DNA of 64,000 nucleotides from Candidatus Poribacteria bacterium (GTDB lineage Bacteria; Poribacteria; WGA-4E; WGA-3G): NCBI GenBank assembly GCA_958295815.1, contig OY282374.1, positions 3,684,682 to 3,748,681 of the forward strand, read 5' to 3'. Shown piece by piece: positions 9,401 to 17,283 of this stretch (position 1 is its first letter; each line of letters starts with the position of its first letter). The notes under the pieces were generated by a model. It saw only the letters and a program-made list of their open reading frames with translations, ran no database searches and was not told where the DNA came from. The position numbers and the translations under genes were made by a program.

Positions 9401-10661
9401 TCGCAAGGTCTGGCTCAATGGAGAGTTGGTTAACAATACTTATCATCAGTGGTATCATGATTATGATGGTTTTTTCCCTGTTACTTTAAAACAAGGAAGA
9501 AATGTCTTGTTAGTTTCCGTTCACAATTGGCATGCAGATATAGCAGGACATTTTGGATTCGCACCTGATGCTGAATATACCGTAATACACCCGGGTGCTG
9601 GATTCTCTTTGTCTACAGCGACAACGCAGGTAGAAGAAGGTTCAACATTTACTGTCTACGTCCGAGTTGAAGATGCCGCAGATTTAGCGGGATGGCAGGC
9701 TGATATCACGTATGATCCAGATGTGATCAGGGCAAATTCAGTTAAGGAGGGGAACTTCCTTCAGCGGAATCGTGAAAAAACACTCTTTCAAAAAGGCACG
9801 ATTGAAAATAAAATCGGTAGAATTTCTGGAATAGGAGCCGTCCGAAGAGCCGAAGATGGTGTGAGCGGGCAAGGCACTCTTTTCTCTGTCCGATTCAGAG
9901 CCAAAGCCGCTGGAAAAACCCGGTTATCCTTACGTAACTTCCAGCCTGGGTCCAGTACTGGCGAGCCAATCTCTACGCCACCTATTGATATTATCATCGT
10001 TGTTGAAGAAAAAACACCCGCTTGGGATGTCAATGAGGATGGCGTGACAGATGCAAAAGATATACAACTCGTCCGGGCGGCACGCGGGCAATCCCCGCCA
10101 AAAAATCCGCGTACCGATGTGAATGGTGACGGTGTTGTTAATGGAAAAGATGTGGCAGTTGTCACGGCACATCTTGGCGAAGGTGCAGACCCTGCTGCAC
10201 CACTGTTTGTGGGAGGGGTTTATAACCCCGACACCCAATTACCTCTCGGTCTCACTCCTGAAATAATTGAGCAGACTCTCGACATCTTGCGCGCAGCAGA
10301 CGATGGCTCTCTTCTCTTCCAACAGGGCATCGCGAATCTCGAACGGTTCTTGGCATCTTTTATCCCAGAGGAGACGACTTTACTTCACAACTACCCAAAT
10401 CCATTCAATCCGGAGACATGGATACCTTACCAACTCGCTGAAGCTACTGATGTGACGTTCCACATCTACGCTGTGAATGGTGCCTTAATTCGAACGTTGG
10501 ATTTGGGACATCAATCTGCTGGCATATATCAGTACCGCAGTCGCGCAGCATATTGGGATGGGAACAATGAGGTCGGTGAACCTGTCGCGAGCGGCGTCTA
10601 TTTCTATACACTCACTGCAGGGGATTTCACCGCTACCGGAAAAATGCTAATAAGGAAATAA
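6426..10661 (+). CDS. Large secreted multidomain protein: PSCyt1-like cytochrome c N-terminus (two CxxCH motifs), LRR region, lectin-like shared domain, cohesin-like domain, dockerin-type repeat and T9SS/FlgD-Ig-like C-terminal domain
   Basis: Signal peptide. 'CLDCHGPHG…VVRGNPDASEFYNRLLGP…MP' resembles the Planctomycete cytochrome c domain, and a second CxxCH lies at 'SCIGCHTEG'. LRRs run ~8140-9010. There is a paralogous block matching the previous gene, a cohesin-like block 'TFTVYVRVEDAADLAGWQADITYDPDVI', the dockerin 'DVNEDGVTDAKDIQLV…DVNGDGVVNGKDVAVV', and the same C-terminal sorting motif ending 'KMLIRK'. Confidence 0.8.
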   Translation: MMMKNNKYIPLIILTFIGLGFTTVDAQQDIAQQAYAIIQQSCLDCHGPHGTFTEQLTIVSAPQLIATGTVVRGNPDASEFYNRLLGPTGNGAQMPFGQSPLSPAAIATLRQWIQAGAPAWETQRDVNFITTDTMLTTMQRHLASLDAFSRPFARYFTTTHLYNAGESLETLRAYQIALSKLVNSLSWGFSVINPIPIDTEETIFYIDLRDYEWDLRGDTWARVEQAYPYAIAFDPVAQAGLSSKLNQLRQEMECEVPFVHADWFLATASLPPLYHDILDLPATDKELERKLGIDVERNLQSAPGFRVWRAGFNESGVSNNNRVVERHRSPHGAYWKSYDFAESRGTKNILTHPLSFDHDGGEVIFNLPNGLQAYYISDASGNRIDVAPTEIVSNRSASDPAVRNGLSCIGCHTEGIKEFEDDVRGVVEQIENPIFDKEQALRLYVEKSVMDAHIEVDKEHYKTALEETGGVFGGIEPVSRLYEEFQDPLDASHAAAAVGLETSAFRAEIDEKSSLQNLGLTSLLDGGNVQRDAWTEQFQRVIAALNSPDTITILPPVDDPPDQTTSDEIVSIPDPNLRAVIEERLSKTSGAPITAVEMARLTRIDAHERGIRDLTGLEHAVKLERIELERNSISDLSPLAGLIRLDNIKLRGNRITDVSPLANLTRLDWLGLEENEITDLSPLRGLIKLNGIGISHNPISDISALSSLRSLEGIDARGTNISDFSALAQIPRFRWIEFGEDKSISELPSLKGLTTLSRLEITNCSVTDLSELEGLTQLTSLILNGNLISDLSPLAGLTGLNDLHLARNVISDVSSLKGLTGLQELYLDENLVSDVSPLAGLTNLKELWLQHNAISDFSPLEVLAEKIIIRSVDNPGVLKQGGPKITGPWLWILFPETQFEGFDNTDLLASASNRKVTEREIATNGAVEGESVGDKVWLSGKIESSGWDNISMVLRTLGIPPADGKQNVVYGSITLDSPREQETNMFVGSHTSRKVWLNGELVNNTYHQWYHDYDGFFPVTLKQGRNVLLVSVHNWHADIAGHFGFAPDAEYTVIHPGAGFSLSTATTQVEEGSTFTVYVRVEDAADLAGWQADITYDPDVIRANSVKEGNFLQRNREKTLFQKGTIENKIGRISGIGAVRRAEDGVSGQGTLFSVRFRAKAAGKTRLSLRNFQPGSSTGEPISTPPIDIIIVVEEKTPAWDVNEDGVTDAKDIQLVRAARGQSPPKNPRTDVNGDGVVNGKDVAVVTAHLGEGADPAAPLFVGGVYNPDTQLPLGLTPEIIEQTLDILRAADDGSLLFQQGIANLERFLASFIPEETTLLHNYPNPFNPETWIPYQLAEATDVTFHIYAVNGALIRTLDLGHQSAGIYQYRSRAAYWDGNNEVGEPVASGVYFYTLTAGDFTATGKMLIRK

Positions 10662-10782
10662 CACCATTAATCGGTTATTGGTTATCGCTATCGGCAATTC
10701 GGGTCTGGCACGGAGTAATACGTACTGCCAGAAAACTGATGGCTGACAGTCGACTACTGATAACTAATATAGGAGTCATACT

Positions 10783-12369
10783 ATGAATGAAAACGGAAGT
10801 AAGCCTAAAGTTAGTCTCGGACTGCTTTACGGCATTGTAATCGCAATTGTTGCCGGGGCACTCATCGGGGGATTCGCGCCGGACTTTGCAGTCCACACAA
10901 CAATACTCGGTGAAATATTCTTAAACTTACTGATGATGATAGTCGTCCCGCTTGTTATCTTGTCCATGATTGTCGGGATAACCAATTTGGGTGATATCCG
11001 CAACCTTGGTTCCATCGGTGGACGAACCGTCATGTACTACATGGCAACAACTGCTATCTCTGTTATCATCGGGATGGTTCTCGTTAACATCATCACACCC
11101 GGAAAAGGATTATCACAAGGCGAAGAACGATCCGATCTCAACTACACACTTTCTGGTCCTGAGAAACATACCATCCAGATGGATGGACAATTCTTGCGGA
11201 CATATAACAATAAATATGTTATTACTCTCACCGATCAGAACGTCCGGGGCGAAGTCGAGTCAATTTCTGAAACAACAGTCACAGTAAAATCGTGGCAACT
11301 CTTATCCGAGGATGCACGTTATGTCACAACAGACAGTGGCGAACGTCTGCTATTTATTCAAGGAAGTCCTGCCAAAATGGAACTGCAGGACGCAGGATCT
11401 GGCATTAACATCGAGCTTCCGATTGCCACAAGGGTCTCTGGTAAAACCGAACGGACTATGGGCAGCACTATCAAAGAGGTATTCCTCGGCAACGAAGAGA
11501 CTGGCAAAGAAGGGATGATTCCCTCAAACTTCTTCAAGGCGATGGTCCGAACCGACATTCTGCCGTTAATCTTTTTCTCACTCCTCATCGGTGCAGCCTT
11601 ATCCACACTTGGGGACATCGGGAAACCCGTCATCTCTGTAATCTCAGGCTTAAATGAGGCTGTGATGAAACTCGTCCACTGGATAATGTATGTCGCACCC
11701 TTCGGTATCTTTGGTCTAATCGCAGGCAGGATCGGAGAGGCAAAGGGATTCATGGGCTTCTGGCCCGAACTTGTTGCAGTCAGTAAGTATAGCGCGACTG
11801 TTGTGCTTGGACTTGGCGTACACGGTATTATCATTTTACCGCTACTTCTGTTGTTCCTCGGACGCAGAAATCCGCTTAACTACTTCAAAGGTATGGCAAC
11901 CGCCTTGTTGAATGCCTTTTCAACAGCGAGTTCGAGCGCGTCACTACCGCTTACTATGGAAGGCGTCGAGAATCAAAATGGAGTCTCCAGACGCACCTCC
12001 AGTTTCGTCTTGCCGTTAGGCGCAACCATTAACATGGACGGTACCGCACTTTATGAGGCAGTCGCTGTCATGTTCATTGCCCAAGTCTATGCGATTTCCA
12101 TGGATCCAGCGCAACAAGTCGTTATTGTGCTTACCGCGACCTTAGCCGCTATCGGCGCAGCAGGGATTCCAGAGGCAGGTCTCGTCACAATGGTTATCGT
12201 GCTCAGAGCCGTTGACCTTCCAGTTGAAGGAATAACGCTTATTCTCTCCATCGATTGGCTCCTGGATCGGTTCAGAACCACAGTTAACGTCTGGGGTGAC
12301 AGCATCGGGGCAGGTGTGATTGAGAGATATGAATCTGCAGATTCAACTGAAGCACCAGCCACAACATAG
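10783..12369 (+). CDS. Dicarboxylate/amino acid:cation symporter (DAACS/SDF family, GltP/DctA-like) with a ~120-aa inserted loop domain
   Basis: SDF signature 'SSFVLPLGATINMDGTALYEAVAVMFIAQ' plus multiple TM helices. An SD 'aggag' sits 7 nt upstream of the ATG. An extra segment (~aa 105-230) lies between TM3 and TM4. Confidence 0.88.
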   Translation: MNENGSKPKVSLGLLYGIVIAIVAGALIGGFAPDFAVHTTILGEIFLNLLMMIVVPLVILSMIVGITNLGDIRNLGSIGGRTVMYYMATTAISVIIGMVLVNIITPGKGLSQGEERSDLNYTLSGPEKHTIQMDGQFLRTYNNKYVITLTDQNVRGEVESISETTVTVKSWQLLSEDARYVTTDSGERLLFIQGSPAKMELQDAGSGINIELPIATRVSGKTERTMGSTIKEVFLGNEETGKEGMIPSNFFKAMVRTDILPLIFFSLLIGAALSTLGDIGKPVISVISGLNEAVMKLVHWIMYVAPFGIFGLIAGRIGEAKGFMGFWPELVAVSKYSATVVLGLGVHGIIILPLLLLFLGRRNPLNYFKGMATALLNAFSTASSSASLPLTMEGVENQNGVSRRTSSFVLPLGATINMDGTALYEAVAVMFIAQVYAISMDPAQQVVIVLTATLAAIGAAGIPEAGLVTMVIVLRAVDLPVEGITLILSIDWLLDRFRTTVNVWGDSIGAGVIERYESADSTEAPATT

Positions 12370-12557
12370 CATTTAACTCGTTTTTATGATGCGCACACCG
12401 CACTCAGTAGGCGAGGTTTTCCTACCTCGCCGATCCCGCGTCATAATGTCCAAGTAATTGTAAAATCTACCATAGTTGTCAGTTAAGAGGCGACTTGAGT
12501 AAGTCAAGTACCTCTTTTACTGATAACCTACAACTCATAACTCACAACTAAAGAAAT

Positions 12558-14801
12558 ATGAAATCCCAAGGTGATATGAATCCGCAACAACCAGCACTTA
12601 CTGGAGCAACTATTCTCGCAATCATCAGTGTCGTCTTCGCCGCAGGCTGGATAGCGTTTGCTTACTACATGGGCAGCACCGGTAGTAGCAATCGGGTACT
12701 GTTATTACACCCTGTAGTACCGATACTACTGATTGTACTGCTCACGCGCATTTATCGTTGGATCGAAATAAAAAGCATCATCATCTTAGAGATCCTGATG
12801 ATAGGTATGTGGATCTTTGTGCGTTTATTGGGTGCGTTGACACCTTTCATTTTGGGGTTCGGTTTCGCCTATGTTTTCAGGTTTCTCTGGAACGCACTCC
12901 CTTTCAAAAAGGAGTATCAACGTGGTATCGCTACTGTGCTAATACTGATCGTCTGTGGCGGTGCGCTTTTTTACACCGGAAGACAGGTGAGTCGGCAAAC
13001 CCGGCAGATGGGCAGTGGGTTGATGAAATTTTACTACGAAATCGTCCTGCCTTATGTCAACGGAGAAACGTTTGAAGCGGTTGCTATTGATATTCACTCA
13101 CTTGCTGGCGAAGATGGGGATACAAACTCCACAAGCGCGGAAAGACAACAAACAGAAACTTTCTATGTCGCAACGAACCACGGAGTTTACAGAATTCAAG
13201 ATGACGCACAAGGAACACGTGAACGGGTCGGTATCACAAACGGAGCCCTCCTCGGCAAACGCATACAAACACTTACAACGAGCGGAAATGTTATCTACGC
13301 TGGGACCTCAAGGGGGTTGTACAGATACTACAAAGTCCTGACCAGCAGTAGAACTGAGGTAATTCGTCCCGATAAAAGCATTCAGAGAATCCGTGCACAA
13401 ACTTGGCACAAAGTAGAAGGCACCCCTTTTGATACTGTATCCATTCAAGCCATCAATACACCACCTTGGGATAGTACCCGGATCTATGTCGGAACGCAAA
13501 ATGGGCTTTACACAAGCAGAGACGAAGCGCTAACTTGGCGTGAAGTCGAACCTACTATTTATGGTGAAAAATCTATCCATAGTATTACCTCTGTTGAGGA
13601 TGCCAATGGCAATAGGATGGTTTATGTTGCCAGTACACCGCAAGATGAATCGGTATCTCTGGAACCTGTCCAAACATCAGTGCATTGGTATCTCGAAGGC
13701 TCTTCTCTCGGATGGGATCCGCTTCCACCAGTAACACAAACCGTTTACGCACTTGCAGGGGGGCAGGCAAGTAACACGGAAATTGACGGTGGTTCCCAAG
13801 TTTCTGATACTGAATTATATGCCGCTTCTCTGGACGGGCTCTATACGTGGAATCGTCTTGATAATTGGCAAAAAGCAGAAGTAACAACGGAAATTACGCT
13901 GTTAGCAGCTGCACCTTCAGGGCTATATGTCGGAGATCAAACCTTTATCCGGCATCGTCCGAAACCAACATCTGGATGGAGATTATTTACTATAAATAAG
14001 CAAGGCGTCACCCACACTTATAGGGACGAACCTATTGTTCAGCAGATTCGGGCATATCTTACCGAACGGATACCCGCAATTGCCCAAACCGGTGGCGAGG
14101 CTGTCAAATGGATTTCAGGCTTCGTCGGATCTGTCGCTTTTGGGTTCGGCGGATTTCTGGCAACGCTTTTGCTCTCATTCGTTGTGTTCGTCTATGCAAA
14201 TCAATCGTTTGACAACTATTTCCGCAGTTTTATCTCGCTGATACCTGAAGGTCGTCGTGATACTATCAAAAGCTATCTGCGCGAAATTGATAAGAATCTC
14301 CAACAGTTCCTGAAGGGACAAGTCACAGTTATCGCTATCATTTCAGCGATCTCCTGTATTGCTTACAGTATTATCGGTGTACCCTTCGCACTCGTTGTCG
14401 GTTTACTCGCAGGATTCTGTAATGCTATACCAACCTTTGGTCCCTTTATTGGGGGTGGCTTCGCACTTCTGGCGATGCTAATGGGGCTGGCAGCTGGTGA
14501 TTTCAGTCCTATCGATTTTCTTATTCGTTCTGCTGTTGTGGTAGGCGTCGCTGTCGTTGTCCAAACAATCGACAACTCACTGGTTTCACCTAAAGTCATG
14601 AGCGATGCTGTGGATGTAGATCCCTTGCTTATTATGTTCGGTGTAATCGTCGGAGCAACAGTCCTCGGCTTTTGGGGCGTATTGCTTGCAATTCCTATCA
14701 TTGTTGTGATAAAATCAGTTATCGCCGTTTCGCATACCTTAGCAACAGATCCACACATGGATAACACACCAGCGAAGGCGAATGCTTTGGAGGAAAACTA
14801 A
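12558..14801 (+). CDS. AI-2E family (PF01594-like) transporter split by a large ~330-aa periplasmic beta-propeller-like insertion
   Basis: The N-terminal TM helices and the C-terminal half 'GQVTVIAIISAISCIAYSIIGVPFALVVGLLAGFCNAIPTFGPFIGG' match AI-2E/PerM-like transporters. The middle region has repeated 'YVGT.NGLY / YAGTSRGLY / YAASLDGLY' blade-like motifs. Confidence 0.7.
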   Translation: MKSQGDMNPQQPALTGATILAIISVVFAAGWIAFAYYMGSTGSSNRVLLLHPVVPILLIVLLTRIYRWIEIKSIIILEILMIGMWIFVRLLGALTPFILGFGFAYVFRFLWNALPFKKEYQRGIATVLILIVCGGALFYTGRQVSRQTRQMGSGLMKFYYEIVLPYVNGETFEAVAIDIHSLAGEDGDTNSTSAERQQTETFYVATNHGVYRIQDDAQGTRERVGITNGALLGKRIQTLTTSGNVIYAGTSRGLYRYYKVLTSSRTEVIRPDKSIQRIRAQTWHKVEGTPFDTVSIQAINTPPWDSTRIYVGTQNGLYTSRDEALTWREVEPTIYGEKSIHSITSVEDANGNRMVYVASTPQDESVSLEPVQTSVHWYLEGSSLGWDPLPPVTQTVYALAGGQASNTEIDGGSQVSDTELYAASLDGLYTWNRLDNWQKAEVTTEITLLAAAPSGLYVGDQTFIRHRPKPTSGWRLFTINKQGVTHTYRDEPIVQQIRAYLTERIPAIAQTGGEAVKWISGFVGSVAFGFGGFLATLLLSFVVFVYANQSFDNYFRSFISLIPEGRRDTIKSYLREIDKNLQQFLKGQVTVIAIISAISCIAYSIIGVPFALVVGLLAGFCNAIPTFGPFIGGGFALLAMLMGLAAGDFSPIDFLIRSAVVVGVAVVVQTIDNSLVSPKVMSDAVDVDPLLIMFGVIVGATVLGFWGVLLAIPIIVVIKSVIAVSHTLATDPHMDNTPAKANALEEN

Positions 14802-16225
14802 TGGAAACCGGACGTCCCATTGTCGCAATTGTCGGAAGACCTAATGTCGGAAAGTCATCGCTCTTCAATCGGATCGCTGCATCTGCACCCGTACGTTTGC
14901 AACAGGCAAATGTCGATTTTGAAAACATTGCGGACGGAACGCCTCAGCGTGATAGACCGCGAAATACAAAGAAATCACGCCCACCGCGTAAGGTTGCTGT
15001 CGTCCATGACATACCCGGCGTGACGCGCGATAGGAACTATGCCGACGTTGAATGGGAGGATCGACCCTTTACCATTGTTGATACGGGCGGCTTAGACATC
15101 GATCCGGATGATCGACTTATTGATAACGTCCAATCGCAGGTGGATGCCGCTTTGGCTGAAGCGTGTCTCGTCTTGTTCGTCGTTGATGCACGAAACGGCG
15201 TTATGCCACACGATATGGTCGTTGCTGATAAACTCAGAACTTCTGGTAAATCCGTCTTCCTCGTCGTTAACAAGGTGGATAGTGAACGCTTCCGCAACGA
15301 AGCAGCGGAATTTTACGCACTGGGATTCTCAGAGCCGACGTGGACATCGTGTGTCCAAAACCAAGGCATTCAAGAACTGCTTGACCGGGTAGTGGATGTT
15401 TTGCCAGATACCGACGAAACGCCTAATAACGTTCCTACCACAATGAAAATTGCGATTGTTGGCAGACCTAACGTCGGAAAATCCTCCATTATCAACAATT
15501 TATTGGGGGAAGAACGGATGATCGTTGATGATCGACCCGGAACGACCCGCGATGCCGTTAATATCCGCATCGTTCACGACAACGTCCCTTTTGAGGTCGT
15601 TGACACAGCAGGGATGCGGCGAAAATCGGCTATTAACGACGAACTCGAATCTGTAACCGTTCAGCGGGCTATCCACAGTATCCGCCAGAGCGATATTGCC
15701 GTCCTTGTACTTGACGTGACCCAGGAAATCGCCCAACAAGATAAGGCGATCGCCAACTTCATTGAACGACAGGGAAAAGCCTCCGTTTTAGTATTAAATA
15801 AGTGGGATCTGATCGAAAAGGATAATACTACACATCCAGCGTTTATGGAGAGGATGGATGTACAACTCCCACAACTCGACTATGTACCCCGAGTTTTTGT
15901 CTCGGCTGTTACCGGACAGCGCGTTACCCATATATTGGAGATTGCGCTTGAAGTTTATCGTGAGTATTGCACCCGTATTCCGACCCCTGATCTCAATCAG
16001 CTACTCCTTGAATTACGAAACGCACATCCTCCGCCCCGCGTCAAGGGGGTGAGACCCGCACTCAAATATATCACGCAGGTGGAGACAAAGCCGCCCTCCT
16101 TTCTTATCTTCGGACGGAACCTACATCGGATACGTCCACCCTACGAGGCGTACCTCGTCAACAATATTAGGGAGGAATTCGGTTTCAACGGCACACCCAT
16201 ACGCATTTTTTATCGCCAATCCTAA
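14801..16225 (+). CDS. der: Ribosome-associated GTPase Der/EngA, with a ~35-aa basic/Pro-rich insertion between G1 and G2 of the first GTPase domain
   Basis: Two P-loops (VAIVGRPNVGKSSLFNRI; IAIVGRPNVGKSSIINNL) and a KH-like C-terminus. The ATG overlaps the upstream stop by 1 nt. The insert is 'AASAPVRLQQANVDFENIADGTPQRDRPRNTKKSRPPRKVAVV', as judged against E. coli Der. Confidence 0.92.
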   Translation: METGRPIVAIVGRPNVGKSSLFNRIAASAPVRLQQANVDFENIADGTPQRDRPRNTKKSRPPRKVAVVHDIPGVTRDRNYADVEWEDRPFTIVDTGGLDIDPDDRLIDNVQSQVDAALAEACLVLFVVDARNGVMPHDMVVADKLRTSGKSVFLVVNKVDSERFRNEAAEFYALGFSEPTWTSCVQNQGIQELLDRVVDVLPDTDETPNNVPTTMKIAIVGRPNVGKSSIINNLLGEERMIVDDRPGTTRDAVNIRIVHDNVPFEVVDTAGMRRKSAINDELESVTVQRAIHSIRQSDIAVLVLDVTQEIAQQDKAIANFIERQGKASVLVLNKWDLIEKDNTTHPAFMERMDVQLPQLDYVPRVFVSAVTGQRVTHILEIALEVYREYCTRIPTPDLNQLLLELRNAHPPPRVKGVRPALKYITQVETKPPSFLIFGRNLHRIRPPYEAYLVNNIREEFGFNGTPIRIFYRQS

Positions 16226-16236
16226 GGAGAGAGACC

Positions 16237-17211
16237 TTGACACAACCCAAAGTTTTTATCACGCGTCCCATTCCAGATGAAATCCTTGCTAAGATAAAAG
16301 CAGAATGTGAAGTCGACATGTGGCATACGAGTGCAATCCTACCGCCGATTGCCGAAAAGATTCCGCCCCTTGACGGTCTAATGACTTACGGACACGAACC
16401 TGTTTCGCCGGAGATGATCGCTACCTCCCCCAATCTTAAAGTCATCTCTGTCGTTGGAGTCGGCTATGATCACGTCCATGTTGAGGCGTGTAGAGAAAGA
16501 GGGATTGCGGTTGGACATACACCCGGTGTCCTCAGCGATACCACAGCGGATATGACGATGGCACTTCTACTCGCCGCATCGCGAAACATTGTCCCTGCTG
16601 ATAAACACGTACAGACCAAGCAGTGGTTATACTACGATCCGAATATCCTTTGGGGATACGATGTTCATCACGCGACGATTGGCATTGTCGGTATGGGACG
16701 CATCGGTTATGCTGTCGCGAAACGCGCTTTGGCTTTTGACATGCGGGTACTCTATTACAAACGCGAACGCAGGCACGATTGGGAGGAAGAACTCGGCGTT
16801 GAATACGCTGACATGGAACAGCTCCTTCAAACCTCCGATTACGTGACCCTCCATGTCCCTTTGACAGATGAAACGACCCACATGATTGGCAAAGCCGAGC
16901 TTGAATTAATGAAAAGCACCGCAATCTTAGTAAATATCGCCAGAGGACCGGTTGTCGACCACTATGCCTTATACGACGCACTCAGAGAAGGACAAATTGC
17001 TGGTGCCGCACTTGATGTAACAGAACCTGAACCTCTTAACACCGATCATCCGCTCCTCGATTTAGATAATGTTATTATTGCGCCCCATCTCGGCAGTGCT
17101 ACCATCCAAACGCGGATGAAAATGGCAACGATGTCGATGGAGAATCTGCTCGCTGGTTTAAAAGGCGAACAGTTGCCTTATGGTGTACTGCAGCCAAATT
17201 TTTCCAAATAG
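16237..17211 (+). CDS. D-isomer-specific 2-hydroxyacid dehydrogenase (glyoxylate/hydroxypyruvate reductase-like)
   Basis: NAD-binding 'GIVGMGRIGYAVAKRA', catalytic-region motifs 'NIARGPVVD' and 'ALDVTEPEP', and the PHLG motif. Confidence 0.88.
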   Translation: MTQPKVFITRPIPDEILAKIKAECEVDMWHTSAILPPIAEKIPPLDGLMTYGHEPVSPEMIATSPNLKVISVVGVGYDHVHVEACRERGIAVGHTPGVLSDTTADMTMALLLAASRNIVPADKHVQTKQWLYYDPNILWGYDVHHATIGIVGMGRIGYAVAKRALAFDMRVLYYKRERRHDWEEELGVEYADMEQLLQTSDYVTLHVPLTDETTHMIGKAELELMKSTAILVNIARGPVVDHYALYDALREGQIAGAALDVTEPEPLNTDHPLLDLDNVIIAPHLGSATIQTRMKMATMSMENLLAGLKGEQLPYGVLQPNFSK

Positions 17212-17283
17212 GAAGGTGCTCCGAATCTCTATTTCTAAAGAACGGAATTGCCTACACAAAATTGTCTGGCACAAGGAGGGAAG

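Noticed and set aside
10675-10896. 73-aa minus-strand ORF spanning the intergenic region and the start of the DAACS gene
   Set aside because: It overlaps the DAACS start and its SD and has no motif. It is likely spurious.
16532-16981. 149-aa antisense ORF inside the 2-hydroxyacid dehydrogenase gene; similar antisense ORFs inside aspS (2223-2606), der, selB, lepA, cimA
   Set aside because: All lie within strongly supported CDSs on the opposite strand or another frame, with skewed Arg/Ser/Cys composition and no motifs.
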